The notes under the pieces: generated by a model | Told to the model about the DNA's origin: nothing | Databases searched by the model: none | Seen by the model: only the letters and a program-made list of their open reading frames with translations | In this document: piece after piece, positions 39,246 through 52,560 of the stretch | How positions within the stretch are numbered: position 1 is the first letter of the stretch | Layout of the letters: each line of letters begins with the position of its first letter | Assembly (NCBI GenBank): GCA_049724395.1 | Contig: JAUGWO010000064.1 | Span: 1 to 64,000 of the forward strand | Source of the DNA: Spongospora subterranea f. sp. subterranea | Taxonomy: Eukaryota | Length of the DNA stretch: 64,000 nt | Direction of reading: 5' to 3' | Made by a program: the position numbers and the translations under genes

Positions 39246-40480
39246 TGAGATGACATGGTCAGCATCATCGTGTCGGTTATCAACGAATCAACTCCGAAGG
39301 TCGGCATTTCAAGTGGAATTAGCGAAAGGATTTATCAAGGCAAGTGGAGTTCACTTAATGAGTTTCGCCCCCATCAGGACGGCCCTCGTCAAACAGTAAT
39401 CTATCTGCCTTTACAATTGCGTCGTCTTATCTCGTTTTTGTCTCTTCTATTGGTTTATCTTCAATCTCTCGGTCCTTTCATGTCTCTCCAACTTTTTTTC
39501 TGTTTCTCTCGCCTTCACTCCTTTTAATTCGCAGCAAGACCGTCTAGATGGCGACCAAGCTCGGTGGTAATTCGATGCACGGGTCTTGCCCGCATTTCAT
39601 AAAACCTCTCGCTATCCACTTGGAATGGTAATTTTCGGTGTTGATCTCGTTAATGACCGACTCGATTATACTGATCATGTCATCTTGAGCAGTGTTACAG
39701 TACCACAAGCTTTGAAACTGTTTAAAAAGACAGACTACACATGAAATATTGTCTGCATTTGACAACGATTGTATGAAATGAAACCAATTTGGTTTGAAAC
39801 TTCCCCTACCGCATAAAGCGTTTCGTTCAAGTTTAAGTTTTTTTGAAGATTCAAAGAGTATATGGCATCTCAGCCTTGGACGCGTTGGAGAAGGTGTTGA
39901 TGGAGACTACGTTAACGATGCTTTTTATTGTTTGTCCAATTTCTCGATGTTTCCCAGTTTGCACTCTGAACTTGAGCATTGCATGCCTATGGACGTGTTC
40001 AGATTTGCTATCGACAACGCTATGCGATTGCTACCGTCATATTCCCTTGATAGCGACTCGTTCCACATAACAGGTGTGGTCGGGCAGGGTTTGATATTCA
40101 TTTTTTGTGAGGTCGGCTGATAGTGCAGGTTCTGTTTCTGCTTGATGTCGCTCTCCAAAAGATTGGTCAGCATCAGTTTCGATTGATGGAAATTTTTGTC
40201 CAGTCGAATACTGATACTCAACATCTTTTCTTGACCTAAGAACTGATCCAAGTATTTTGTACGGACGCGAAATGGTTGCAATTTCGCAACAAAGGCGGTC
40301 GCATGCCAAATCCTGTTTGCTTTTACGGGGCTTTTTATTGCACAGAAATGGATTCGAGTCAGTTGTTTCGTCGGACGGTCGTGGACGGCGTTGTCTATCC
40401 CACCAGGCCGCCGTTTCTGAACTGACAGTTATCAGTTTGTTCACTGCCCATCTCGCGATTATACCGATATTCACTCAAAT
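39246..40480 (-). mobile_element. Decayed pogo-like transposase 3' remnant with an inverted duplication
   Basis: IESVINEIN...WIARGFMKCG (39544-39765). An inverted copy of 39590-39687 lies at 39246-39345. Confidence 0.5.
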
Positions 40481-40571
40481 TATAGAATCAACCAATTAGT
40501 TATTCCATGATCTGCCGGGTTTGACGAATTGCACGAGAAATGAATGTCACAGCTATACAGAAAAGCGTTTA

Positions 40572-41648
40572 TTATAGAGGACGCGAGGTCGCTTCCAGCG
40601 AATGCTTAAATTCGGATTCAGTGAACTCCTTGTATCGCGACGTATCCGCGTCCGACACAATAATTTTTTGGGGCCCATCTTTTGAATGTCTTTCGCGGAC
40701 GGCAGCAAGCTCTGCTCGTGCCAGGCGTGCAATGTAAAAAGACGCAAAGAGTGTCAACAGCAACGAAAACACCAGTAAGGAATATTGCAGTTTGGATACG
40801 TGTCGATCGGTGGAATTAGCGATTTGAGTTGCGGCGGCCAACGACGATAGTGAGGCGCCGGCACTAACCTCAACGATGATGAACGGCGATAATCCTATAA
40901 TGGTTCCTAGAAAGTAATCACGGAACCGGACGCTCGTCGCAGACAGCACATAGCTTGTCGCTCCGAATGGCAGGAATGATGTCATTCGCAGAAGTGCCAC
41001 AACCTGAAGGCCTAAACTTATGAAACAATGAATACAGACGATAGGGTGTTGCGGTACCTTTGTGCTTCATGAGAAGTTCCTCGACATGAACCACCTTGGA
41101 CTTGCGAGCCCAAAGGGTGACGCGCGAACGGCATGCGTTTCGGCCGAATGTGAATACCATGGCGGCGGCCACCGTACTTGCAACTGAGACTTGTAGGCAA
41201 CCAAACGGGATCCCGGGAAAGATCCCGTTCATTCTTACCGAGATATACCCAGCTCCAAGAATCAACGGAAATACGGGTAGGCATAACATCTAACAAACCC
41301 CACGATCGGTATGGAAAACGTTGCTAGGGCATGAATACGTACCGAATTAAATGTGTAGATGCCAACAAAGCCTAAGAAGCCAAGGAAAGGCTCTTGTTCC
41401 ATCAGGGTGAATATTACTGTCCCTGCGTAGACGACTTTATCCCCATCCAGAATCAAATACAGAACGCAAAAGGAGGTGAACAGGGCGAACCCCATTATCA
41501 CCCCGCGAGGCACTGTAATGTTGGTCGACATTTCCGGATCGTCGGCGTCGACATCGGACATAGCATCCGCGTCGGGATCTGCCACCGGCGGCATGAGCGG
41601 CTCTGGCTTAGCATCCAACATCTTCCTCCAGAATGGCAATGGAGACAT
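40572..41648 (-). CDS. TVP38/TMEM64 (VTT/DedA, SNARE-associated Golgi) membrane protein, spliced
   Basis: LPVFPLILGAGY...G...S...AAAMVFTFGR; LLRMTSFLPFGATSYVLSATSVRFRDYFLGTIIGLSP; multiple TM segments; GT-AG introns. Confidence 0.88.
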
Positions 41649-42459
41649 CACACGATAGCCCGGGGCACGCGTGCACCTTCCGATCAGTTTATCAGCGAGT
41701 TGACTCTGCTGTGATAACCATTATTCGATTGAAAGGCAGAGATTGTTCGCCTGATGCGGTTGTATCATGACCCACTACAGATCGCCCAGGTACTAAATCA
41801 TCAATGTACCTGTCTACAAAGTATCTCAGACGATCATAAACGCCATCGAATGTACTGTTTCTGTTTTTTTTTTGACATTTTCTCAAGATCGGTGGACAAG
41901 AAACGAAAAACAACCCCATGGGGAAATTTTCGAATACGTCGAAACCCACAAGAAAGTAGGTGTAGTGTCAGGTGGTCAGCGAAGGACAATTACCATGAAT
42001 TTGCAATTTTGATATGACTGGCGCCTCAAGGTTTCGGTTTCGTCACGTAGATTAGCTCATTAAGACCCAAACTTCATCGAGGGAAGGCACCATGCTATCG
42101 TACTAGAACTCTACACTTACAAACAAGGGCATAAAGTGATCATTGGATTGTATTGGCATCTATGCCTCGCTTATCGTTGTTGTTGCAACGATGTCCTTAT
42201 ACTAGATCCTCCTGTGCCAGCAGATGTTGTCACAATCAAGGCTAATCCGAACTGCTTCTTCCTCACTCCCATTGTTATAAACTAGAATACTTTTATCAAT
42301 TCCTTTGCGAAGGTCTCTCATCCAACCGCGCTTCTACCGGAATTATTGCATGCCCTGTCGGCGGCGACTCGCAGTGTACGACATGGCTGAGCGAAGTCCG
42401 TGGAAAATCGTTGTTGATTCGTGTCAACAGCTGGTTTAGCTATTACGAGAAGAGTGGAA

Positions 42460-43400
42460 ATGGCCAGTGTTGACCATATCAGGATGAGCGATGACCCATC
42501 GGGTGAACTGACTGGGCGGACGGTATTGCCAGGCCAACGCGTGTCTATTCCTGACGACACCTGTCTGGTTTCGGGCCCGGGAATTATGCCTCGCAATGGT
42601 TAGTTTTTCGAGAATCCCAAGTTTGATCCATCGATTTTTTGACCGAGTTCCTTGGCAGATACCACCGCCCTTGTGACTAAAGCTGGCACATTACGTTCCA
42701 ATATCGTTCGGTCAAAAGCGCAGGTTCGACTCTCAGTATTTCTTCATCAAATCTTTCTGATTTCGTTTTGCCAGAAATCAATGCATTTATCAGTTGTGAC
42801 AAGTGAGAAAAGATACACTCCTGTCGTAACCGACCAAGTTTGTCATAACAATTGATTGTATCATTTCTTCTAAATACGGCTTAGGTTCTTGGCGTTGTGA
42901 CTTCGAAACACGGTGATCATTTTCGTGTTGATATTGGCTCTAGTCGCGAAGCGTATTTGCCGGTTTTGGCGTTCCAGGGAGCGACAAAAAGGAACCGGCC
43001 CAATATCAGCGTTGGCGCCTTGATTTACGGCCAAATCAGCATAGCCAATTCTGATATGCGACCTGAATTGACTTGTATTTCTCCCCATTTCAAAAAGGAA
43101 TGGATGACGGGGGAATCACTGTTTGGCGAGCTGCATGGGGGATATATGTTCACATGTTCCACCAACTTGGTGAGGGCTTTGTTAGCCCAAGACTGCCTGG
43201 TCCTGTCGCTGTTGGGCAACACATTGCCATTCGAGGTGACGATAGGGCAGAACGGCCGGGTTTGGGTCAAAGCCGACACTGTCACACACACAATTTTGGC
43301 TGCCAACTGCATTGCCAATTCCGAGCATCTAACCGACTCGATGACGACCCTCATGGTCAGGGAGTTAATCAGCGCATCGCAACGAGGTCAATATACATAA
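42460..43400 (+). CDS. RRP40: Exosome complex component RRP40 (EXOSC3), spliced
   Basis: VLPG...GPG; KRYTP; FRVDIG...LAFQGATKRNRPNISVGALIYG; PELTC; FGELHGG; FEVTIGQNGRVWV. Confidence 0.95.
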
Positions 43401-43629
43401 CACTTTTATTTCTGGCTGTTTGCCGCTTTTCTTCCCGAACGAAATCGGATTTAAAACATTCCTGCTCGCATATCACACGAAGAACACCAATATAGTCTGA
43501 GTTCGAATTGATATTTGGCATGACGTGATTCGATCTTGTGCCTCCACGTTCATGGATGAAGCCGCGATGGTTTTTATTTGAACAATTGATTCTTTTTGTA
43601 GAAAAATGAAGTGCAGAGCCTGTAGAACC

Positions 43630-44754
43630 TCACGACAACATCGGAGCTTCTGGATGAATGACGACTGGTGTTTCAGATATCGTATTCAGCAAGAATGCCA
43701 GCCGGACTCCGCCCTTGATCAGCTGGGCTTCCACAACCGGTATGCTGCGCTGGTAGTATTCCTGACATATATCGAATCCGGACATGATAAGCGTACCGTT
43801 CCGGTCCTTATAAGCAAATTCACCTGCATCTAACATGAGATCGCTTAAAAAACAAACACTACTTTTGTTACAGGCTAAGGATGCTGTTTCCGACGCCCAG
43901 GCTTCTATTTGGCCACTTTCCATGATGTGGTTGCCCACCCAGAGATTAACCTGCTCAAAGCTCTTTTTGCCTGCCTCTTTGATCAGAAATTCTGTGTATT
44001 GCTGCTGCGATTCATCAAAATCATTCCGCATTCGGCGATGGATCATGTCGGTATCCCAGATTTTGTGTAAGTTGGTCTTTGTACCACAAAAATGCCCATG
44101 CTCTGAGTTTCCTCCTACAAAGAAGATTCAGCAGTGAATCGAGTTCAAAACCATGACAAACCTCTATCCTGTGTGAATGAAACATGTAGCGGCTGCGTGA
44201 AATCAGGAACCCGACACAAATTAAATGAGCATTCTGCAAACCTGATGAATATCTCCAGCGAAATGAGTTAGAAACTTCAGATCGATGGTGGACTCAGAGC
44301 CATGGAATGGTGTTCGTAAACGCGTTGTATAGTTATGGATGGCGCTGACGACGCATCCCTTGGCGTCGCAGTCTGAATCGACAAATTTGCAGGCCCACTC
44401 CGGTGTGTCAACAAAATGCAATGGCTCAGTCCATCGATATTGTGCAAACCGTCGGATCTAAGCCAGGTTTAGAAACCGACCTTGCCAGGCTTTCAGAAGT
44501 AATAGTGATTTACTTCATCGGCCCAACTTGCGATGGATTCTAAAGTTCCTCCATCGTGGGCCAACAACGTCGCGCAAATACCGTTTGCTTTATCTGTCAA
44601 CAAACTACAACAAAGAATGAGAAGAAATCGGAAACTGCCAAAACGAAGCCAACGACCTTTGGGCGATTGCTGCCACGATTTCATGACCCTCTTTTCCCCA
44701 CGCGTCGATGTTAACAAAACAGGCGATGAAAGCAACCAGCAGAGCCCGAAGCAT
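43630..44754 (-). CDS. Secreted S1/P1 nuclease, spliced
   Basis: Signal peptide MLRALLVAFIACFVNIDA, then WGKEGHEIVA; SWADE; LHFVDTP; HFAGDIHQ/PLH; NLHKIWD; GGVRLAFLLN. Confidence 0.95.
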
Positions 44755-44854
44755 GGCAGCAACCTTACTCTACACAGGTTACTACTGTATGTCTTGTTGG
44801 GGGGCGGCCGGCATGAACAAGTGGCGAGGTTGGCATGATAGAGGTACACCACGC

Positions 44855-46425
44855 GCCCGTCAAGCGCACACCCACTCAACTCATCAAATGTGCACCCAAC
44901 TCATCAAATGTACACACACATGGAGCGACCGACTTGGTGCCCGTCAAGCGCACACCCACTCAACTCATCAAATGTGCACGCACATGGAGCGACCGACTTG
45001 GTGCCCGTCAAGCGCACACCCACCCAACTCATCAAATGTACACACACATGGAGCGACCGACTTGGTGCCCGTCAAGCGCACACCCACCCAACTCATCAAA
45101 TGTACACACACATGGAGCGACCGACTTGGTGCCCGTCACGAGCGCACACCCACCCAACTCATCAAATGTGCACGCACATGGAGCGACCGACTTGGTGCCC
45201 GTCAAGCGCACACCCACCCAACTCATCAAATGTACACACACATGGAGCGACCGACTTGGTGCCCGTCAAGCGCACACCCACCCAACTCATCAAATGTACA
45301 CACACATGGAGCGACCGACTTGGTGCCCGTCAAGCGCACACCCACCCAACTCATCAAATGTACACACACATGGAGCGACCGACTTGGTGCCCGTCAAGCG
45401 CACACCCACCCAACTCATCAAATGTACACACACATGGAGCGACCGACTTGGTGCCCGTCAAGCGCACACCCACCCAACTCATCAAATGTACACACCCATG
45501 GAGCGACCGACTTGGTGCCCGTCAAGCGCACACCCACCCAACTCATCAAATGTACACACACATGGAGCGACCGACTTGGTGCCCGTCAAGCGCACACCCA
45601 CCCAACTCATCAAATGTACACACACATGGAGCGACCGACTTGGTGCCCGTCAAGCGCACACCCACCCAACTCATCAAATGTACACACCCATGGAGCGACC
45701 GACTTGGTGCCCGTCACCCATGGAGCGACCCAACTGGTGCCCGTCAAGCGCACACCCACCCAACTCATCAAATGTACACACCCATGGAGCGACCGACTTG
45801 GTGCCCGTCAAGCGCACACCCACCCAACTCATCAAATGTACACACACATGGAGCGACCGACTTGGTGCCCGTCAAGCGCACACCCACCCAACTCATCAAA
45901 TGTACACACACATGGAGCGACCGACTTGGTGCCCGTCAAGCGCACACCCACCCAACTCATCAAATGTACACACACATGGAGCGACCGACTTGGTGCCCGT
46001 CAAGCGCACACCCACCCAACTCATCAAATGTACACACACATGGACCGACCGACTTGGTGCCCGTCAAGTGCACACCCACCCAACTCATCAAATGTACACA
46101 CACATGACTTGGTGCCCGTCAAGCGCACATCATCAAATGTACACACACATGGACCGACCGACTTGGTGCCCGTCAAGTGCACACCCACCCAACTCATCAA
46201 ATGTACACACACATGACTTGGTGCCCGTCAAGCGCACACCCACCCAAGTCATCAAATGTACACACACATGGACCGACCGACTTGGTGCCCGTCAGGCTGG
46301 ACAAGTGCACACCCACCCAACTCATCAAATGTACACACACATGACTTGGTGCCCGTCAAGCGCACACCCACCCAAGTCATCAAATGTACACACACATGAA
46401 CCGACCGACTTGGTGCCCGTCAAGC
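44855..46425. repeat. 64-bp tandem array, ~24 copies, CA-rich on the plus strand
   Basis: Unit gcccgtcaagcgcacacccacccaactcatcaaatgtacacacacatggagcgaccgacttggt (e.g. 45261, 45325); deleted variants cluster at the right end. Confidence 0.97.
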
Positions 46426-47029
46426 ACTCAAGGACAGTCACTACATGTACACTGCGTGGTTCCGTCGGAAGCAACCCAAATGTCGCAGGTCTACTACTAC
46501 TGTAGTGTATTGCAAATGGCCAGAGTTGAAAGGTATGAAATGGTTACGCTTGGCTGAATAATAGAGGATTGAATAGAGAAGGGTCTCTTAATGAAATTTT
46601 GCTTTGACTGATGTTCAATCCATGTCATCAACCCAGGAGCAAGACTGGCGAATTAGTTTGGAGCTGCGCATATGATTTCACGTTTTCGAAGATGCCACGG
46701 CAGGGTCTAATTAGGCTGACCCATGGTTTTGCGTGGCCTGGCGCGTTTTGGGAATGTAGGTGGGTGCGCATTGTGACAAGACAATGAGATGTCCCAAATC
46801 AATGGTCCCTTCAAACAACTGTTCCAGCAATGGAAATAACGAAAACCTCCTGATTATTTAAGGTAAAAACAGAGTCAAATAAATTAAGAGGAATATCAAT
46901 GAAGTCTGATTCCGTGATTATAATCTTCCCATACAGCGTCGGAGACGCGATATGTCGTGCAGATTCCAGCCGAAGTCGCCGAGATTCTTGACTGTTCGAA
47001 AACATCGAAATCTCGGTTTATCATGCGTT

Positions 47030-47730
47030 CACTTGTTAAACGACAGATTCGTTAACTCAACAAGATCGAGACACCTGGGGATGGATCGGGATTCAAAATG
47101 CTCACATCGTAGCAAGCTTCCCGCTTAACCTGAGCAGCTTGTTTTTTGCTCGAAGTTTACTTCTGCCCATATGAGCAAGAGCGTATTTGTTACTTCCGCC
47201 TGCCCTCATGCAACATTCCATCGCTTTCTGCAACGAAAGAAATACATCGTCCAGTTTCTAACTCGGCAGATCGATGAATGATTTAACAACAGCCGCAATA
47301 CAGTTCATCGATGTCTTTGGGAAATTGTTTGTGTTGTAGCGATTGAAGAGCGTTGAGAAAGCCCAGATCCAGGACATAAAAATCCGGGCTGTTAGGAGGT
47401 TGGCATGTTAGTTTGATGCTCCATCCATCGGATGTGCCAGCCTCCACTATTTTACTATCGTTAACTTTGGCATGAGGACGTGCATTATAACGCTGGAAAC
47501 GATGTCCATGTTTTTTTTACCAGGTCACTTGGCTTTGATTGCCGGTATCACATTCTCAGTAAGCATTTGGATGTACTCAACCCGTCTTACATCGTGCGGT
47601 TTTGACACCATTGTGCCTCTCACACGGTTCTTAGAATTACGTACTGCAGGTTCTTGACGAACAAACAGCCAGACGCCTATTTTGCCATCAAACATCGATC
47701 TCGTATGAGGGTCGTATCTGGACCTGTTAG
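47030..47730 (-). mobile_element. Plant-type mariner transposase remnant (second copy)
   Basis: GKIGVWLFVRQEPAVRNSKNRVRGTMVSKP, NARPH, CQPPNSPDFYVLDLG, LAHMG. Confidence 0.85.
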
Positions 47731-47837
47731 CCGCTTTAAATAAACTCCTAAATGTCCCTCTCTCAACGGAACCGCAGCAATTTTGTCCATTAGTTCCTTC
47801 CTATCGAACGCATTTCGGCCCGACGACCCTTTTATTC

Positions 47838-50100
47838 TTGAATCAACGTTCACGGCTTCTGCACCCTGCTGAAAAGATTCTTTCGCGCGGCTCCAAATTC
47901 GGGAAACAACCTGCCTGGAAAAGCCGAATTTCGCTGAAGTGTACTGTTAATTGCACCTTTAGGAAGTTTTCCATCTTTAAAAGGCTTAAAAGCGTCTGTA
48001 AAATGCCATTTCTTGTTTCGTTTGATGCATTGGATAGCTTTGGTTCAATCGCACCTGATGGCATGGTCAGCGATCGCCGATGGGGTTTCACAAATTTGCC
48101 GCCCTGCCCTAAATATCCGGAGCAGCCGCCAAACCCTAGATTTGAATACCATAGTGCGCAACCTTCAAAAGGTTGTGCTGTATTCAGCAGAGGCCTCTAA
48201 CAAAAAACGGTTCAAGCACCTCAAGGTCTATGACACTATTAGTCGTTTACCGAAGTTCGCTGTACCAATTGACCAGGTCAATATGCAAGTCCGCTTGAAC
48301 CGTTTGTTGTTAGAGGCCTCTGCTGAATACAGCACTTGTGCTTCTTCGATATAGTCGGCGTATTGCCAACCACTGTGATATTCCCGAAGGGATGCAGTCA
48401 GATGACCAATCCACTTCGCGACCTCCTTACTGATGGTGTTATTCCATCGACTGGAAAGAGAAATGGCGCTTCGGACGACACTTGTTGCTGTATTAAGACC
48501 CATATACGAAATCCGGATCTTTTCCCAGAACGTGTCGCCGCTCTTGTCGGTACCGACGGCTGCGCACGTCGTCTCTTTGACAAAAACTTTCGCCAAGGCC
48601 ACATCCTCGTCCTCTTTAAAATTCGGCTGGCCGGCAAGCCGACCAGTTTTCGGTGCAGGGGACGACAACATTAGAATTTAGAGTTCTAGCGGATACCCTC
48701 TACCGGTGTGGATCGCAGTTTGGAAACGCTAAAAAATTGCGCGATGCCGCGCTAATTCTAGTTTAGCGATTTAGCTTTTAGCGCGACGGGTGGGAATGCT
48801 CTAAAATATAGCTTTCGAAAGATATTGTAATAATCTATGCTATATTGTACACGCAGGGGCTCGCAGTTACATAAGTGCGCCATTGCGCAAATATTACTTT
48901 TTGCGTCACGGGTGCTGTGCATGGCTGCACGACATCTCTGGGTGGCGGCGCACTTTCATTGAACAACTTTCGTCGACCACCTTGCCCGATTCTTCCACTC
49001 CCACTTTACGAATGGCTAGGCCAGAGAATAACACAGTCAACTGTCGAAAGCTCGCTCACGACGGGAAAAGAGAGGCATCTTACGGAAAGTACAGTACAAA
49101 CACAAAAATGTTCCTTCCCGATGTGCACATGTTCAAACAGCCTTGTTACGTTACTGGGGCCGGATTACATAATTGACTACAAATATCGAATCAACGTTCG
49201 CGACTTCTGCACCCTGCTGATAAGATTCTTTTGCGAGGCTTCAATTTCAAGAAACAACCTGCCTGGAAAAGCCGAATTTCGCTGACGTGTACTGTTAATT
49301 GCACTTTTTAGAAGTTTTCCATCTTTGAAAAGGCCTAGAAGCGTCTGTAAAATGCCATTTCTTGTTTCGTTTGATGCGTTGGATAGCTTTGGTTCAATCG
49401 CACCTGATGGCATGATCAGCGATGGCCGATGGGGTAAACACCAAACCCTAGATTTTAATACCATAGTCCCTCGGCCTCCAGAAGGTTTTAAAGCCTAGAA
49501 ATATAGCTTTCGAAAGCTACTGTAAAATCATGCTATATTGTACACGCAGGGGGTGTTAGGTTGTGTTTCGCGATAAATTTTCATAACTCTATGAATCAAT
49601 GCTGTGTATACCCCATCGGCCATCGCTGATCATGCCATCAGGTGCGATTGAACAAAGCTATCCAACGCGTCAAACGAAACAAGAAATGGCATTTTACAGA
49701 CGCTTCTAGGCCTTTTTAAAGATGGAAAACTTCTAAAAGGTGCAATTAACAGTACACGTCAGCGAAAATCGGCTTTTTCAGGCAGGCTGTTTCCCGAATT
49801 TGAAGCGGCGCGAAAGGATCTTATCAGCAGGGTGCAGAAGTCGCGAACGTTGATTCAATATTCGTAGCCAATTATGTAATCCGGCCCCAGTAACGTAACA
49901 AGGCTGTCTGAACATCTGCACATCGTGAAGGAACATTTTTGTGTTTGTGCTGTATTTTCCGTAAGATGCCTCTCTTTTCCCGTCGTGGCGAGTCTTCGAC
50001 AGTTGACTGTGTCAGTCTTTGGCCTAGCTTCATTCGTAAAGTGGGAGTGGAAGAATCGAGCAAGGTGGTCGACGAAAGTTGTTCAATGAAAAAAAAGTGC
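47838..50100. repeat. Three related copies of an unclassified repeat; two form a ~490-bp-arm inverted repeat (48951-49436 / 49609-50100)
   Basis: Direct sequence comparison. The first copy (47838-48172 plus 48805-48860) is interrupted by a Harbinger fragment. Confidence 0.88.
48175..48801 (-). mobile_element. PIF/Harbinger fragment encoding the Myb/SANT-like (NAM-associated) accessory protein
   Basis: PNFKEDEDVALAKVF...VGTDKSGDTFWEKI...RSAISLSSRW...I.KEV.KW...SG. TIR GAGCATTCCCAC after TTA on the minus strand at 48790-48804. Confidence 0.8.
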
Positions 50101-50439
50101 AACTTTTTGTCGGTTTTTGTGTTTCCTCATACGTACAGTACTGTAGAGGTTTCGAAATGTCCTGTTTTTTGAAAAAAAAAACGAAACGGTGAATTTGCCT
50201 TGTCGTTTGTTCTATTTACCCGTAAGGGATGCGCTGTTCACCACGGACTTTTCTCCCTCACAAAATTACAGAGTCCGCTACTGTTCAATTGTAAAAACCA
50301 CATTTTACAGTATCATGATATTGCGCGTCCAACGCGCCCTCCATGATATGTTCGTGAGTTTCGAATCTTGATTTTGACCGTCCAGACACACCTATTTTTC
50401 AATATCGTGGTTTTCTGTGGAGACCATGGGTGACATGGG

Positions 50440-50890
50440 GTTTTTGGTCAAATTGCGAGTCATCCCAAGAACGTGATCGGGGTATCTGACGCGATTGTTT
50501 CTGATGATGATGATGGTGATGACCTACACAAGCAAATTGATGGTGTTCTACAGAATTGGAATCGATTGGAGCTGCTGCGAAAGATATAGTCTGGCTGATT
50601 TCACGAAAACTGATTTAGCAGAACGCACGCTTGCCAACTAACGAGACGACCTTGATAACGGACGAATCTCTCCAGCGTCGGTTACCGAATCTGCTCAAGT
50701 CGAGAAATTTGTTAACGACGATGCCCAATCCAAAAGGAGGGGGCAGAATGCCGCTGTAAAGTCAAAGCGATGAGATTTCAGTGACCCAAATGTGAGCACT
50801 GGGCCATGTGCGTCGTCAAAACTATGAATCGCGTCAGATACCCTGATCAGGTTTTTCGAGTCCTGAACTGGTATTCAATAGGTGACCAGA
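50440..50890. repeat. Imperfect short inverted repeats flanking ~300 bp (MITE-like)
   Basis: gatcggggtatctgacgcgatt (~50475) versus aatcgcgtcagataccctgatc (~50827). Confidence 0.45.
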
Positions 50891-51777
50891 CACCAGCCCG
50901 ATCACAAACACCACTGACGTCCTTGTGGATGGCCACCGGTCACGACCGTTGCGCCATTGGATCGGGACATTGCTGATAATTTGCAGGTGATAGAGCCACA
51001 AAAAATCAGCACGATCGTTCGTTTTGTGTTTCCGTTTTCATTATCTTAAACTGGAGAACCAGGCCCGTAATTCTGGGTAATAGGAGGGAATCTGATTGAG
51101 GGGAGCGAAACTGATTGAATTGGCACTGTCAACAGTTGGCAAAGGGCGATGTGATATCACCGAAACGCGGCTGTCGAATGGCCAATGTTGTCAAGCAAAG
51201 TTCGTCGAATGCGGAAATCGTTGTCGTAAATGGTATTCGGAATCAACCTCTGTCCAACGATCTGCTGTTGTTCATTTACGTCTTGGCAACGATCGTATTG
51301 TCGCGATATCAGTAATCGCTGTCCTTTTCTGCCAGTTTTCCCGCCAATTTCAGTCCACACTCTTGGCCAGTGATTCACTTACAGTATCAAAAATCCAATA
51401 AAATGGCACTCGCCCTTCAGTTGCCGAACAACGGTTCAGACCTAATGTTATCAACTGTTTTTCGAACGAGAGGACAAAACTTTACCCGATAACATCATGG
51501 CTGTGCATATTACCGTATAATGCTGAATGAAGAACCGGCGACAATTTCCACATATACAGACAAGAAGAATCGAGTGTTCGATCTGAAGATATGTGTTGTT
51601 GATCAATCGTTGAATAAGCGAATTTGTTTCTGCCTGGAATTCACATTGGCCGTTATCGTATTTGAAAAGAAGTTTCCTGATTTTCCCAGTCTCCATATAA
51701 ACTGAGTGAAACGTCCAGCTTGAAATATTGGACGAGGTTCTCGGGTTCACGTTCAAGGGCCGTACGGGAAAGCGAAA

Positions 51778-52475
51778 ATGTTTCGCTGTGGGTTGCGTCG
51801 CCTGAGCGGCTTGGCCAAGCGGAATCCTGCCAGGATGGCGCCAAGGGCGGCGCCCGCCGCCCCGGCCGAACCGGACGGCGGCGTCGACCTGGATGGCGTC
51901 AGGCTCGACGGGGACACGGTCGACCACTTCATCGACACGGTCGGTAGCGCCAACGACCAGGACATCGCCCAGTTCCACCGCCTGGCCGTTGAGCACCTGC
52001 AGCCCGAGCGTGGTGCTGGCCCCCGCAAACCTGGCGCGAGAGCGTCCATAGAACAGGTCCAGGGCTCGGTCTCAGTTTTCTGCACCCTCAAAACGTTCCG
52101 GGTTTGGTTGTTTTTTGGTGAATTTTGTGTTTTCGAGAAACTTGCAAGTGGCGTCAATTTTGTTCAATCTGCAAAAAACATTGAGAGACTGACCACGTTC
52201 TTTGTGCTGATCTTTGAACTCATTCGCTGTTGTGTTAGTTCCAATCGAGTCTTGAGAAATATGTGGCCGATGTGGTGGAGGAGACAACCGAGGCCATGGT
52301 CGAGGAGCTGTTCGTCCTATACGGGCAGCACCGCAAGGAATACACCCGATCGTCGAACCCGGATTTCGCCGAATTCCCCGCCAAGGACATCATCGAGGAC
52401 GCCATCGACGATGCCGACATGGCCGCCGAAGTTGAGCGCCGTTTCCTCGCGCGATTAGCCAGCCGAAACGCGTGA
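51778..52475 (+). CDS. Hypothetical acidic protein with a mitochondrial-presequence-like N-terminus, 2 probable introns
   Basis: MFRCGLRRLSGLAKRNPARM; GC3-rich coding segments separated by T-rich GT-AG stretches (~52057-52136, ~52196-52238); ends ...RLASRNA*. Confidence 0.6.
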
Positions 52476-52560
52476 TTTCGCCCGTCCGATACAATTTGGA
52501 GCAACAGCAATTCGTCGTGTTTCTTTAATTATTATCTGAATATAGTCCAAGGCCGATGGT

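Noticed and set aside
44855..46425. CRISPR-like array, or the 400-550-aa ORFs in three frames
   Set aside because: Units are head-to-tail with no unique spacers and no cas genes; the ORFs arise only because the 64-bp unit lacks stops.
51050..51700. Small spliced gene on the minus strand
   Set aside because: Some GT-AG-like signals are present, but I could not assemble a convincing, recognisable protein.
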